Positions 15,201 to 28,997 of a stretch of 64,000 bases of DNA are shown here, piece by piece. Position 1 is the first letter of the stretch. Each line of letters starts with the position of its first letter. The position numbers were made by a program, and so were the translations under genes. The notes beneath the pieces are model-generated. The model saw only the letters and a list, made by a program, of their open reading frames with translations. It searched no databases and was not told where the DNA came from. Source of the stretch: Balanoglossus misakiensis (taxonomy: Eukaryota; Animalia; Hemichordata); the NCBI GenBank assembly GCA_040954595.2, contig CM082594.2:11858985-11922984 (forward strand), given 5' to 3'.

Positions 15201-16784
15201 AATTGAAATTAAAGATATTATTGTGAGCATATTTATTACTTCATTGGGCTTCATGGGATGATATGACGTTTGGTGTCACTGCTGCAGAAACCTTTGCTTA
15301 CCATACCTCAAATGAAAATTCAACTTTGCCAGTCACCGCGCTTCACCAAGTGCAAAGCCAATTTGTTTTGACAGAGCATAAATATTTCCTACCGACAGTT
15401 GTTTTACTCCAAGGGCGAGCGTAAATTACAATTAACCTCTAGTAAGATGAAGTGTTAAACTTTCCTCGATTATGATAATCCTGAACAATGACCTTAGACT
15501 GTCTATGCTGCAGGCTGATGTTATGCAGTCATTTTGACGGATACCACTGATTCAGGCAATGAAATCAATACATTTGTAGCATGAAATATTTCCTGTCCCT
15601 TGTACCAGTTGTTGCTTCACCCAACTGAGATTGATTCGCTAAGTTAATATGTAAAAATATAAGGTTTATAACGAGATGTTTAAAAACCTTTTCTACTTGG
15701 CCATGCCACTTCCAAGCAAAAATTGAAAGATATGCATACGGGTACATAACAACTATAGTTTGGAGTGTCTAATGTAAAAACATTCTCCTCACAGAATAGT
15801 CATACCCAATGATGTCTAACGTGCCATAAAATTGTAAGTTGTAAAGGCGGATTTCTTAGCATCGAGAGACAGATAAACACGGAAAAGTCAAGGTTTTCAT
15901 CCCATTGACCTACTGACCTTACACAAAATAACAGAAAGTCTGTAAAATGCTAACGTGACACTTAACGGCGGCGTCTTTAAACATTATTATTACAATTTTT
16001 GTTTCAAAATGATATCATCATGATGTTGTACACAGCAACACCAAGAGTATTGTGTCTACTTTTTACATCACTTTTACTTATAAGCTTATGGGTGAAGCTG
16101 GGATAGAAATATTATATTGGGGCATCATATATCATATCATAAGTTTGGTCCTATAAGCTCACTGGAAAATAACCAGTTATTAATTTATTCACCAATACTA
16201 TTATAATTTTAAAGGAAACCTATTGTATTATAACAGCAGAGAGTGCTGTTCAAAGGGCAGTTGTTATTTGCATTTGCCCATGCATCGATAACTCAGTATT
16301 TGTGAACATGTCATCACTGACACGGCATAAACTGCTAAGTTGCTATTTAGAGGCAATGAGAGAAAAACTGAATGATGCCTCTTGACAGGAAGTCAGTTCA
16401 TATCCCTGACACACGAAGAGTTAAAAATAAACTCTCAACAATTTTACTTTGACTTGGTCAAGTTCAAGGTAATAAGTTTAAGTGATATAATTAGCAACGT
16501 GTGATATAAATAACACACAAATAGTTGATGTACACTGGAGTTAATGTAACCTTAGTTTTGTGTGATTTTTTAAGGTTCTAATGGAGGAAGCTGAGACAAA
16601 ATGGCCCAACAGTTAGCTATGATCTTGTGCACGTCTAGGCGACTGGCTGAAATGATGCTTATGGGCATTGCCAATTTTGGTTATTGATAATAAGTGGAAA
16701 CAATTTATTGCCACTTTTTGGATTAACTGGCGCATGTCAATGCTAAACTTCAGTAATCCAAATTATTGAATTTTTTTATGTATG

Positions 16785-17247
16785 TACATACATACATACA
16801 TACATGATACATACATACATACATACATACATACATACATACATACATACATACATACATACATACATACATAATACATACATTCATACATACATACATA
16901 CATACATACATACATACATACATACATACATACATACATACATACATACATACATACATACATACAATGATACATACAATGATACATACATACATACATA
17001 CATACATACATACATACATACATACATACATACATACATACATACATACATACATACATACATACATACATACATACATACATACATACATACATACATA
17101 CATACATACATACATACAATGATACATACAATGATACATACATACATACATACATACATACATACATACATACATACATACATACATACATACATACATA
17201 CATACATACACACACACATACATACATACATACATACATACATACAT
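16785..17247 (+). repeat. (CATA)n tetranucleotide microsatellite, about 460 bp
   Basis: Direct reading. It explains the spurious MYVC and HTYI ORFs on both strands. Confidence 0.98.
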
Positions 17248-20200
17248 GTAAATATTTGGTCATCACTGGCATGCTGTTGTGGCTTACCAGTCTCAATTGT
17301 TCTTGGTTATGTTGGGGGTTTCCCTAACCCATTCAGTCAATCTGAGTGGGTTACTAGTATGTTGCAACCAATCGATTTCATTGGGCTTTTTAAAGACCAT
17401 ATTGAATACATCTGTTTATTTACCAAGGGATGGCCAAGCAAGATGACAGTTTCGAGGTTCAGTGCGTTTGACGTCTTTCCAACCATCTACGTCACTCTGT
17501 GTTGCCAAAAAACTCCAACTCTCAGTCAGTGACGTCAGAGAATTGTTCAGTTTAGATCTGGTGTGGTACTGAGTTATCGACAACGTACAACCTTGTCACT
17601 CATTTAGAATGTTTACGTACAATCTCAATGCGCACTAAATCTTTCATCCACTCGACATGTAGCGATCATGTTACTAACTTAAAATGGGGAAGACATGTTT
17701 TTATCCAATCATTTATGACTCACCAAACTGGAGCTACTTATAAGACGTTTCTATGAATCAAATCATTTGGTTCAATCTGCAATCATTGCGACCTTCACAT
17801 TCACTTTTCACTAAACCATATAGTTAAATTTTGTTATCATTTTAACTGGGCGATTTAATCCTATTAAATCTGTACTGTCACTTATGCAAATTTAATTACC
17901 ATAAATCTTAGTTTATTTCAAACATTTGTTCTCGTGCATGTCCATGCCAGGTTTAAAGATTGGTTAAATGCACTTAATATGGTCTCCAATGCATATGCAC
18001 CAAAGTACGACTGCCATCATCATGATAATGAAAGAATTATATCTATAGTAATTGGAAAAGTAGAGAATTTAAAATAGACAATCATCAGTATTTCTCTGTA
18101 TTTGCCGAAAGGATTCAAGCTTTAGGCCTAGAAATGTTTGACTCAAAAGAGCCATATTCTGAAATCTGTTCCCAAAGTCTATCTTCCACTTTTTTCATTG
18201 ATTGAAAGGGTCACGCATTGCATTGTTTGCTACGCCATTCAACTCACACACTGCAGCACAATTACGAAGATAACGGGTGGTTGTCCCACAGTGCAAAGCG
18301 AGACTAATTAGCCCAATCTATCACATGTGGACTGCTCCATTGCAGAGGGTGATTTCCTCCGCACTCTTGACACCGAGAAAAAAAAAGATGCTCAGAAAGT
18401 ATTTAAATGTTGATTGACACGAGCAATAAAGTAAAACAATTGCGATAAGCGATGTCCCTAATGAAGGACAGATCTGACCGTGCCAATATAAGGGGTGTTT
18501 TCAACAAATTGACAATTTATATGTAAATTATCAGCTTATAGGTAGAGCATGTCAAAAATTTGCAGCCCTTCTCAAGGGGTATTTGTATTACTGCTTCCTG
18601 AACAGTTATAATGTGACAAGTATTGGATCATTAGGCCAGGAGCATATTACTCCCACTTGGCAACTATTTACAAATATCTCACTATGAAATTTGGGGGAAG
18701 GGACGCACTATTCTAAATCGCCATTAAAACATCTTATCGATCTGTCTTGTTGAACGAAAGGTAACAATACATTTTGACTTATCACACTGGTACCGGTACA
18801 TTATGATAATTATCTAATACGCCAAATCCCCCTGTTTCATTCAGAAGCAGTTCTAGTGTAAAGAAATCATTGTGATTACTACATCTTCATCATCAGGAAA
18901 TTAAGCCGACTGAAGAAAATTTACAATGCAAATAAAATTAGATGATTCACGGAGGAGACTTTTATATTGTCAGTTTGATGGGCAGGGCTTACATAAGCTT
19001 ATATCTGACTACGTTGGGTAAATTGTACCACTTGGCGTGTTTGCATCGCGTTCCAGGCTAGCTTGTTAGCAGTTGTCTGTAGCAATTAGCCCCAGGCTCC
19101 TTCTGGTGACAAATCTTGCAAAGAAATCACAATTAGAGTACTTTGGATCATTACTGGAATTTTCCAACATCCGGAACAAAACGAACGCACCAAGTGCTTA
19201 TCACTTGGTAACAGTTGAAGGAATATAATAAGCAAACAAGCCTTCTACATAACTTCCTGAAATCTGATTGAGCTTGTGTGTAAGATGACATCTATTGATA
19301 GCAAAGCGCGCATTAATTTGGGGGATAATTTCTCAAATAGCATACTCAACAAACATTGGCATGGCATGGATTTGTGTATGACATGTCAGATTTATTGTGT
19401 AATGTCGCAGCTGTAGACACAGAAACAAACAATATTTCTCAAGTCGTAACAACTCATTTGATCTGAGCGATTCAATGATTGCGTTGATGGACGGACAGAT
19501 TATTTGAACTGTGATATGTGCCTCGCACTGTCGACTTAACATGGTATCAACTGCCGACTAAATGTTTAGGAAGCTATCAACTCTTCATGGGGACCATTCT
19601 TTTTTCAATTTCCTCCCGGGTTTCCAAGGTTACTTGAATTTGTTTATCTTAATTGGGGTGGATTTCATAATTGGATGGAGCAAGTGAAAGCTATAACTGT
19701 TCGGGCACAGTTCCAATTATGATGAGTAACCATTGATCCAAAATGTTATCAATCCTAGTCCAATTTCTCGGGGTTCGGATAATGTTCAGGATGTAAAGTG
19801 ACTATACACAAAAGGACAAGTGCTACTGAAGGAATCTAGGAACATCCATAACAGACTGAAGACAGTTCAAACCTCAGAAAGATGCAAATGCATTTTCATT
19901 CAGCTGCTCAGGAAACCTTACACGGTTTTCGTAGAATGTATGAAATCAATTATTTGAAAGACACTCTTGCTGCCTCTGTACAACCTTCCAGAAAACATGA
20001 ACTTCATAAGATTTTAAGGGTTTTCTAATTGACAATCAATCAATTCATTGTTAATTTGAAAGAGAGTGTTTACTTTCCCTTTCTTTAGTTAAATCCCTCA
20101 GGCTGCAAATAAATGAACTGGTTATAAACAGGTCTGTCTCCTGCTGAAGTATAACTAAAATGAGAATATAATATAAAAAGATAAAGCTTATATACTTGTT

Positions 20201-20292
20201 GCCTGATACCTGGGCAAATGAAATACTTCAACCGGGTCTGCTAAAAAGCAAAGCTACAGAGGTTATCAAATGTCTTAAAGGGTTAATAAACG

Positions 20293-20482
20293 CTGTCAGT
20301 TACAAGATCTGTGTTGTTTATAGAACAGTGTAGTCACTACTCTTGCCGCTGTGTGCATTTCTGTTGCCGGCGAATTGCCTCTTAATGGAACACTGTCAGT
20401 TACAACGTGAGCTGTTTCCAAATTGGCACCGCCACTACTCTATAACTTAATGCACGTTTCTGTTGCGAATTGGGTCTTATGG
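20293..20482. repeat. Degenerate direct tandem repeat, period about 100 bp
   Basis: ctgtcagttacaa at 20293 and 20393, each followed by cactactct, tttctgttgc, gcgaattg and tctta(a)tgg in the same order. Confidence 0.7.
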
Positions 20483-22977
20483 CAAAAAAGTTCCCCAGGT
20501 TTACCCTGCCTGTGTGATTCTGCAAAATGACTATAAGAGTGAAATTTGCACTGTTAAAGCAAATTATCTGAAAAGCTTCCTCAAAATGGATAAAGATGCC
20601 CTACATTTGCATACATTTTGAATAGAACTTGGGAAAGTTGCAAAAAACATGTTAGGGACCTATTTATGACAAAAGTGTGTGTCTGTGGCAAAAATTAAAC
20701 CAAAATAAAAGGGACAGAAGGGGTTTTACAAGACGGGAAACAAAAAGAAGCTCTGTTTTGAGTTGCCATGACTATTTCACAATATTCTACCAAAAGAGAA
20801 GTGGAAAGATTTTGTATTGGTTTACTGAGTAAATGCTCGAATGAAAATAAAACCTAGCATGTACAGAAATCATGATGTAGTTAAGTACTCTTGTGGAAGG
20901 ACTATTTGTATGCATGTATGTTAAGAATTTACCGAGTTTTTCACCGTCGATGATGAAAGCTATTTGGTCAGACAAACTGATCGGTCTGAAGTTTTGGCAA
21001 CTCCATTTCAAAGGAGCAGAAAGGTCAACAGTAAACGTTACATCATCCTCAAGAGTTACCTTTTCAATCAAGATTTCCATATGAAAGGCCTTTTGAGAAT
21101 GGGGGAATGACACGTAATGAAAACCAAAGGTCTGCAGACCATTTTGGAGCTACTCTGCCTGCCCGACGTAACTTGCAAAACTGGTGAGTGTAGCACATGA
21201 AACACCTTCATTTTATATGATGTCTGTCCACTTTATTTTAATCTAAGATCTATTGATGTTATTCTGAACATTATGAAGATTCCTGTGAAAATTTCAACGT
21301 GGAGAATCTTTGTATTTATGACCAGGTATGTCCTGCATATCACTTGCTAGCACTGTACATGTACTTGTTCTGCACCAAAAACGTACAAGTGCTGCCAAGA
21401 ATATTTGATCTCATCCAAACCTAACACTTTCAGTTTACGATCATCCTGAGTGATATCATGAATCCAGTGCTCTTCTGACTTCTAGCAACTTTACAAACAC
21501 GATTGCCACTAGTGTTATATTCAAAGGGGCTTAACTTTACTGTGTGTGGATTACAGTCTTGCCAATCAATCGCAAATAGTCCAAGCGGCCTTGTATTTTT
21601 TGCTGTTTACTAGATGTCACCAACAGCAGAGTTCAAACCCAGCTTGCAAGAGCAATCAGCAGGTATGGAGGTACGACTACACAGCTCCATCGCCCGTGTA
21701 ATTAGAATTAACGCGTTCACTCTTCAATATGTCACGATGTGATCATCTTGATACATTTTTCATGGTTTATTAATATTCTATTAGCAACTGGGTGAACTCG
21801 CGTAAAGTGGAATCGAGGCTGTCAGATCAATTCAGCTTAGAAACTAATTCTACATACGAAAATACTCTCCCATGCAATTGTTTATACCTGTGAGGTTAGC
21901 AGCTGAGATATTAATTATTCAATATTTAAACACTAAAGCAAACACAAAATAATATTTTAATGGTCTAAACAGAATGTGGGACACATTAGGCTTTACACCA
22001 TTTCTGGCATGCTAGTTTTGAGGCAGTTTAGGTAATGCAAATGTCTCATACCCTAACATGTTAAATGACTCAAGGACCCAAACAATTTGATCACAAAGGT
22101 AAAACTTAGTTATACACATTTGACATCATGTAGTCAAATCTTCTGATGGACCCCAAAATGAGATACATTTATACTTTAAGTCATGTGACGGCCATCTTGA
22201 CCCAAATCAGGGTAAGATGGGCACAGCATTGACTGGACTCAATTTGTTAACACTGCACAACCAGCGACATAATTGGACTAGGGAACCTGTGACGCGTGCG
22301 CACTTGATCTTGATAGAAAGTAACACATATAATAATTTCAATTATATCCGTCAAGTTCTTTTTTCACTCCAGCTGTTTCCAAATTTCCTGTAGAACGCAC
22401 CACACTTTTTTCCAAACCCACAGTAATACTAATAATCCTGGCTGCGATATTTGTAAAACTGAACAGGGATTAACACCATACATAACACAGCCGGCAGATG
22501 TCTTTCACTTGCTTTTCGAATAGCCCTTACACACACACAGTGGCAAGTAATATATGTCTTGGCTTATACACCTTCACTTTATCCAAACTATTTTCGAACA
22601 GTGTAAACTTATGTAATAGCCAGTAAATATTGGATAAAGTGATCTGTCACTCGAGAAACGCAAAGATTCTAATACATAACAGTCACTCCACAAACCGTGA
22701 CGTGAATAGGTACCCATTCTTATTCAAATCTACTGGTACATTGGCTTAAACATATTATTTTTACAAGTAGGTAATGTATATTGACATGTTGCCATGACAA
22801 TCATCATGTCATCGCAAACATGACAACATACTTTCCCCACACAGGATCCCAGTGCATAAATAAAACAAATTTACACCTTCATAAAAAATATCAGCCACGG
22901 TTAGTAATTATACTAACAATACATGTATTTCTGATCTCTCTTCAGATTATTAATCACTTAATAATACATCGGAAACA

Positions 22978-24675
22978 ATGTCATGCTCCCGAATGCGATT
23001 GGCTGTCTGTATTGCAATCGCAGGCGCCATTGCAATAGCTGCCATAGTAGTCCTAGCCGTATTTTGGGATGGGAACATATCTAGTAAGTGACTTTGGAGT
23101 TACATAATTTGAGTGTCTTCTCTTCTGAAAACTTTTTAAGGCTTTGTGACATGCAATTGCAGGAAAATGGATCACCATCATGACCTGGCCTGGGACTTAT
23201 ATAAAGAGGGGAGTATACTAATTATTGTGTTAGGAGATTATTGGCGTAGCTCTAGGCTTTGTTACTCTCCAAGTCCAAGGTCCTCGATAAACTCAGGGTG
23301 ATTCCATGATTTACTTGTTCATATGCATATGAATATCAGTTAACATAGTCCCACGCAACTGACATGCGCGAATGTGATCCATTGACCGTCTAATATGTTT
23401 CACACCAATAAATGCGGGATCATAAACATTACTTTGTACAGACAACTGATGTATTTTTAACCGTTTTTTAGTATTATTTTTTTATGTGGTGTTTTCTTTT
23501 TTATATATCTGTCTAATCTATGGGATTTTTTCTATATCCTGAAACAAAGATTTAATTAAATTAAAAATTACATATTATAAAACAGTATATTTGACCCTAT
23601 ACACAGGCTAACAGTTATTATTATTGGTCGAATAGATTCATGAGAACACCCAAGACAGAACAGAAAAGCCAAGTCAAAGACATAGAACGGAACAGCCAAA
23701 GACAGCGCCTAAATCTACATCTGATTTTAACCAGATTGTGCATGGACTAGATTAAAGCCTGGCCATACGTCTTTATTAAGTCATTTTGGTTATTTTTTTT
23801 TTTAATTTTTAGATGACTCCAGCAAAAGTCAAACACATGATCATGGTGGGGGTGGTGATGGTGACAGTAGTGACTCTGTCGATATGGAAAAACCATGTGA
23901 AGCGGGTGATACACGATCAGAATACACACCTATGGGGACACTGGTGGAGGTCAACACAAATGTGACAGCTTACGTTACTCAACCACAGGAAGTATCGTGT
24001 AAAGGTGCTGTTTTGGTTTTTCACGACATATTTGGGTTAGATATTGGCGCGACCAGAGCGGCTGCAGATGACATGGCTAAACACGGTTACACGGCAGTGC
24101 TGCCGGATCTGTTTCGTGGAGATCCGTGGAGCGGTTCTTTGTTTGACTTCGTACAGTTTTCTGTGTGGATGAACGGACAACCACAGGAACGTATCAATGC
24201 TGACATTGACGCAACAATAGATTACATGAAACAAAGCCTTGGCTTTGACGATTTGGGGATTGTTGGGTTTTGCTGGGGAGGGTCCCAGGTTGTGCTTGGC
24301 GCTTCGCGGCTTGGTATTGAACTGAAGGCCGGGATTTCATTCTATGGCAGTCCTATGCCAATAGATACTATTCTCGCCATGAGAGCCCCGTCGCTATTGG
24401 TCCACGCCGAAAACGACACTGTTACGCCAGTCTCGGTTGTAGAGAACTACAAGGTGGTGTTACAGAATGCGAACAGACTCCTATCAAACATTGATGAAGA
24501 TAGCAGCACCATCGTGGACCCGTCTCTCGCAACTTACGTAAAGATTTTTGAAGACGTAGGTCATGGTTTCGCTCACAGAGGAAATCGAAGCGACCTCGCT
24601 GTTATGCAGGCTGCCACAGAGGCCTTTGATGATATGTACATGTGGCTAGATACGTACTTACCAAGTGAAGGGTAA
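22978..24675 (+). CDS. Dienelactone hydrolase/CMBL-family protein, copy 1, type II membrane-anchored, intact Cys-Asp-His triad
   Basis: Exon 1 22978-23083 (MSCSRMRLAVCIAIAGAIAIAAIVVLAVFWDGNIS, A|gtaagt), phase-1 intron, exon 2 23813-24675 (ttttag|AT) in frame with ORF 23884. Motifs HDIFG, PDLF, GFCWGG (TGC 24271), FYG, AENDT and GHGF (CAT 24562). Confidence 0.92.
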
Positions 24676-25180
24676 ATGTCTGCAAGCTGCAAGGCCGGGT
24701 TTGTTGGAGGTTAGAGGCACTTCTGAAACAAATCAATTGAAATCATGTCAATATAGATCAGCAACTTGCAATGGAACTTATTAAATATGACTTCCTACAG
24801 ATAGACTGATGTTCTCTATGTCATTTGTTTATGAATGTGTCATATCCGCGATCATTTAGTGAAGACAATTTCTTGGCCATACCCTTTTCTAGTGGTCAGC
24901 ACTTCGCATTGGTCAACAAAAGGAAGACGCGCATTTGCTATTTAATTTCTATTAGCTGATTTAGCCCGTGTGCTGTATAAATAAAAAAAAAAAAAATATT
25001 GACAAATACATAAATGAAAAGAGAGATTGTTATTATTGTGTTTGTGTGCGTATGTATCTGTTTGTCTGTCTGTAATGGGGATTCAAGTAAAACCACAGGG
25101 AACTAATGAATCTTGTTGTTGTTGTTATTGTTGTTGTTGATGAAGATGATAAACAACACTCTAATCATGACAAAAAATTC

Positions 25181-25272
25181 TATAGATCGCCCAACGTCAT
25201 ATGGTCGCCCAGCGTCACTCCTAATAAGACAGGAGTGTTGCTGGGTGACCACAAGACATTGGGCGCTCTATA
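25181..25272. mobile_element. Short hairpin (MITE-like) palindromic element
   Basis: tatagatcgcccaacgtc..tggtcgcccagcgtcactcct pairs with aggagtgttgctgggtgacca..gacattgggcgctctata around an 8-nt loop. TA at both ends. Confidence 0.7.
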
Positions 25273-25362
25273 TGCATGTATAGTGTTCTTTTACAGATGA
25301 TTACAACATCTATGGTACAAACGACAGTAAGGAATGGCACATTGATTTTTAAAAGAATATTT

Positions 25363-25397
<35 letters not shown>
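25363..25397 (+). repeat. (TCA)n microsatellite
   Basis: Direct reading. Confidence 0.9.
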
Positions 25398-25398
<1 letters not shown>

Positions 25399-26385
25399 TA
25401 AGTTCCCTGTGGTAAAACACTGCCCTCTATCGACCAAGGGAATAACACCGACCATGAAGGTGACGCTTTTACCCAACCCAATGAATGAAAGTGTATTGTC
25501 GTAGAATATAGAACCGAGCCATTTCTTTATTTTACGTATAATACATACACAAGGTAAATCCATTCAGGAGATCTGTATTCAGACTTAAGGTAAGAGCGTG
25601 TAAACTGCATTTCACTGACGTTACTTATACCCCTCAAGTTTCCATTCGACAACCTTGAAAGTGATTGCAGCTTGAGAATTTCCTATTTTGTTCACACATA
25701 TTACTGACACCGTACACAAATTATCCGCATTCTCTGTCTCTGTCTCTGGAAATGACCTTGACAAAATGTACAGCCTGTGTTTACCAACATGAGGGTGGTT
25801 TACAACAAAACACATCTCCTAAATGTATGTACACAAGACACTCGGAAAATCGAGGCCAATTCGCGCAGATCGTGTCAACCAGTTACTTGAAACGTCGATC
25901 CTTATTCAACCGCTTTACTTCACCGAACTGTAAAGTTAGTGTACCAAAGGGTGTGGTTTTCTGTGTCAACAGCTTCACAAAAAGATCCTTTCACTTGTGA
26001 CCTTCTCCCATTAATTAACAATGTCGTATAAATAACCATGAAAGGGGTACGTTGTTTTCCTCTGACTTTCTGCCAAACTCGTACCCACCAAGAAAAAAGT
26101 AAATCTTCGCTAGATTTTTTGTCTACTCCATAAATATTATCGAAATTTTCCGCCATTGGTTTCGTTGGCCTTTCCGTTTCGCATTTCTTGGTTTGGCGCA
26201 TGACACTCTTACTTTATTGTCCCAAATCACACCTCTGTTAATGAATTGGAGAGTGGGGAAAATCTCCAATGTGTTAGCTGTTTGTACATCAAAAGTAGTT
26301 TTAATAAACAAAGGCATCTGTAATAGGAAATTAATGTGAAATAATCCTTCCTTTCATATTTTAGAATTTACTTTAATTTTACAAG

Positions 26386-27542
26386 ATGGTGGTGTGTACG
26401 ACCAATCGGTGTGCGGTCTGTACTGCCCTGACGTTTGCTGTGTTTGCTGTTGGTTTGATATTTCTTCTGTCTTACATCTACTGGTGGCCAGAAGGTACGT
26501 TAAACAACCTGAGATCACAGTACTTATTAGCTTTATAATTCTATTAATATTTTGGCATTGGTTCCGAAAAGTAGTCATCCCTCTCAAGTCACTTGTGGTT
26601 TTTTTACCATCTTTAACAACGAAATGCTAAATGTTAAAACGTCAAAATACATTCGACTTCATCACAAAATATATAAAACTTCACATTCATCTTAATCTTT
26701 TACATGTTCCTGCAGAAGAGAATGGTGGATCGGCTTCTGACAATGTGTTGCTGGATCCGTCTGATGAATTGTCATGTAACACAGGGAATCAAAGGATAGA
26801 CTACACACCAACCGGTACATACATGACGCTCAATTCCAATGTAACAGCCTACGTGGCTCGACCAGTAGAGACGTCGTGCAAGGGTGCTGTCTTGGTTTTC
26901 CACGATCACTATGGACTGACTGCGGCCCCCGTTCGTGAAGTGGCGAGGGAGCTGGCCAAACGTGGCTACAAGGCGATAATGCCAGATCTATTCCGTGGGA
27001 ACCCATGGAAAGATGATTGGGATGTTAGTGGTTTTGATGATTGGATGGCTCTGCACGAGCAGCACCGTATCGATTTGGATGTGGATGCGACGCTTCATTT
27101 CATTAAAAACACATTGGGTATTCCTAATATTGCTGCAGTGGGTTTTTCCTGGGGTGGCAAACAGGTTGTGTTGAGTACGTCGCGGACAAGCATCATGTCT
27201 GCTGTTGCTTTCTACGGCGTTGGATTGAACATCACCGATGTGCAAGCCATGCGGCAACCGACTTTGCTCATCCACGGCGAGAACGACACCATTGTTCCGT
27301 TAGCTGACGTTCTGGGCTATCAAACTGCACTGAGAGATTCCAACAGACTTGTGCAAGACGTAAGAGACTATAGCCAAAGTATTCACCCGAACTTGATAAG
27401 TTTTGTGAAGATATTTCGAGGTGTTGGCCACAACTTTGCTCACAGAGGGGATATGAATGACCCCACCGTCAGGCAAGCAGCAACCGAGGCACATGCCGAC
27501 ATGTACGCGTGGCTAGAAAGATATTTACCGACTCGAAATTAA
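26386..27542 (+). CDS. Dienelactone hydrolase/CMBL-family protein, copy 2, membrane-anchored, Ser nucleophile (Ser-Asp-His)
   Basis: Exon 1 26386-26494 (MVVCTTNRCAVCTALTFAVFAVGLIFLLSYIYWWPE, G|gtacgt), exon 2 26716-27542 (ctgcag|AA) in frame with ORF 26631. Motifs HDHYG, PDLF, GFSWGG (TCC 27147), GENDT and GHNF. Confidence 0.92.
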
Positions 27543-28897
27543 AATATTTTTTTCATTAGATTATTTTATTACAGATTAATTGGGGTTTCAGTTACATATT
27601 AACATGAGACTTAGTTATGTTTAACATGTTTTACAATGTATCTTGGTCACCGTAAGTTTTAAGTATTAAATAAAAACAATTTATAGTTTTAATTGTGACA
27701 TGAAACAAAAGAAATGGTATTTTACTATTATTTTCGTGAATGTTAACTTTTGATGAGTGTTTTTTTTTTACCCCGAACGGTTTAAACTTGTCCTTCCCAA
27801 CAGTTATCGTAGCTACGGTTGTATTTTTGTTAAGTTTTTAATTTACATTTACCTATAATTATCATAAAATATAATACGCAAATGAAGCGTAGTTTTTAGG
27901 AAATACATCTGGAAGAAACGCGGTCTTTCCGTCATCGAAAAATTTTACGATCGTTCAAAAACTAAGTCAATTTGCATGTTCTTCATACAATTCCCCCATT
28001 TTGTCCAGAGGCTATGGTGTAACTCCGGCGAATCTTAGCTTTGTTTTACTTTATTCTCGATGACGCACGGAGGCTGAGAAAGACTGAATGACAGACGGGC
28101 ATGACTGTTCAAATACATGTCGATATATTACTTGATCATCATGACGTCGGATAATTGACTGGTTGGTTGCACCTGCACGGATTTAACAGAGTCTAAGAAA
28201 TATGATGATAAATTGGTATCGAACTTTGAATGTTAAAAGACACGCACGGGCTGATGTTTCGAAGACAGCAACACGATAACTTAACAATGATAAGCTTAAT
28301 CAAAAAGAAATTGAACGAAACGAAAATATTGATTTAAACACCGTCAGTATCCCGAGTGTGTGATGAAGGGACCGTGATTAAAACTTGTGTAATCAATGAC
28401 AGATAAATACAAATTGTATCCATGATACATTCATTTTTATCTCGGGTAATTGACAAGAAACTGGGTGTCGGTCGCGGCAACTCTGGCCAAACAGGAACCT
28501 ATGACTATGTGACATGCGCAAGGGCAGAAGCGAAGCGAATAGCTGACAGCTTTCCTTTCTATCGAACTGGTCAGGTGAGCTGACGTGCCCTTCACACTAA
28601 ATGAATTGACAGTTGTAGTCACGTGACTACTACTGACGCAGTTCATCGCCTCTATAGAAAAGAATGCCTATTGCGTTTACTGCTTTGATGAAGGGGGTCA
28701 GCCAAGCTTTCGCCAAAGAAGTGAATACAAAGACTTGTAACAAGGGCGGGGTCAGTAGATAATCGGGGAGGGTGTAATTTTTGGACGGGATGTTCGTTTG
28801 TGTTGCAGCTTAACCCATGTAGAGACGTTAGATTCCGTGAGGTTTGCTACAAAACACATATTGACTGGCTGGCCATATTCGGGCAACAGAATGACGT

Positions 28898-28997
28898 CTG
28901 TCTTCCCTCCGGTCTGTGAGTCACCCCAAATGATCTGTTTCCCGATGTCTTGGGAAACAGACCATTTTGGGATTGACTCACTCCCTCGGGAAGACAG
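28898..28997. repeat. Imperfect ~100-bp palindrome, probably a MITE/DNA-transposon remnant
   Basis: Nested inverted arms: ctgtcttccc/gggaagacag, gtgagtca/tgactcac, cccaaatg/cattttggg and tctgtttccc/gggaaacaga. Confidence 0.7.

Noticed and set aside
16750-17532. Four long ORFs (MYVC and HTYI repeats)
   Set aside because: They are translations of the (CATA)n microsatellite, not genes.
20480-21350. Region resembling a non-autonomous DNA transposon
   Set aside because: I could not identify matching terminal inverted repeats or a target-site duplication.
26631-26715. N-terminal extension of the 303-aa ORF; likewise 33055-33163 and 30639-30654
   Set aside because: This is intron sequence upstream of clear AG acceptors; the real N-termini come from the anchor exons.
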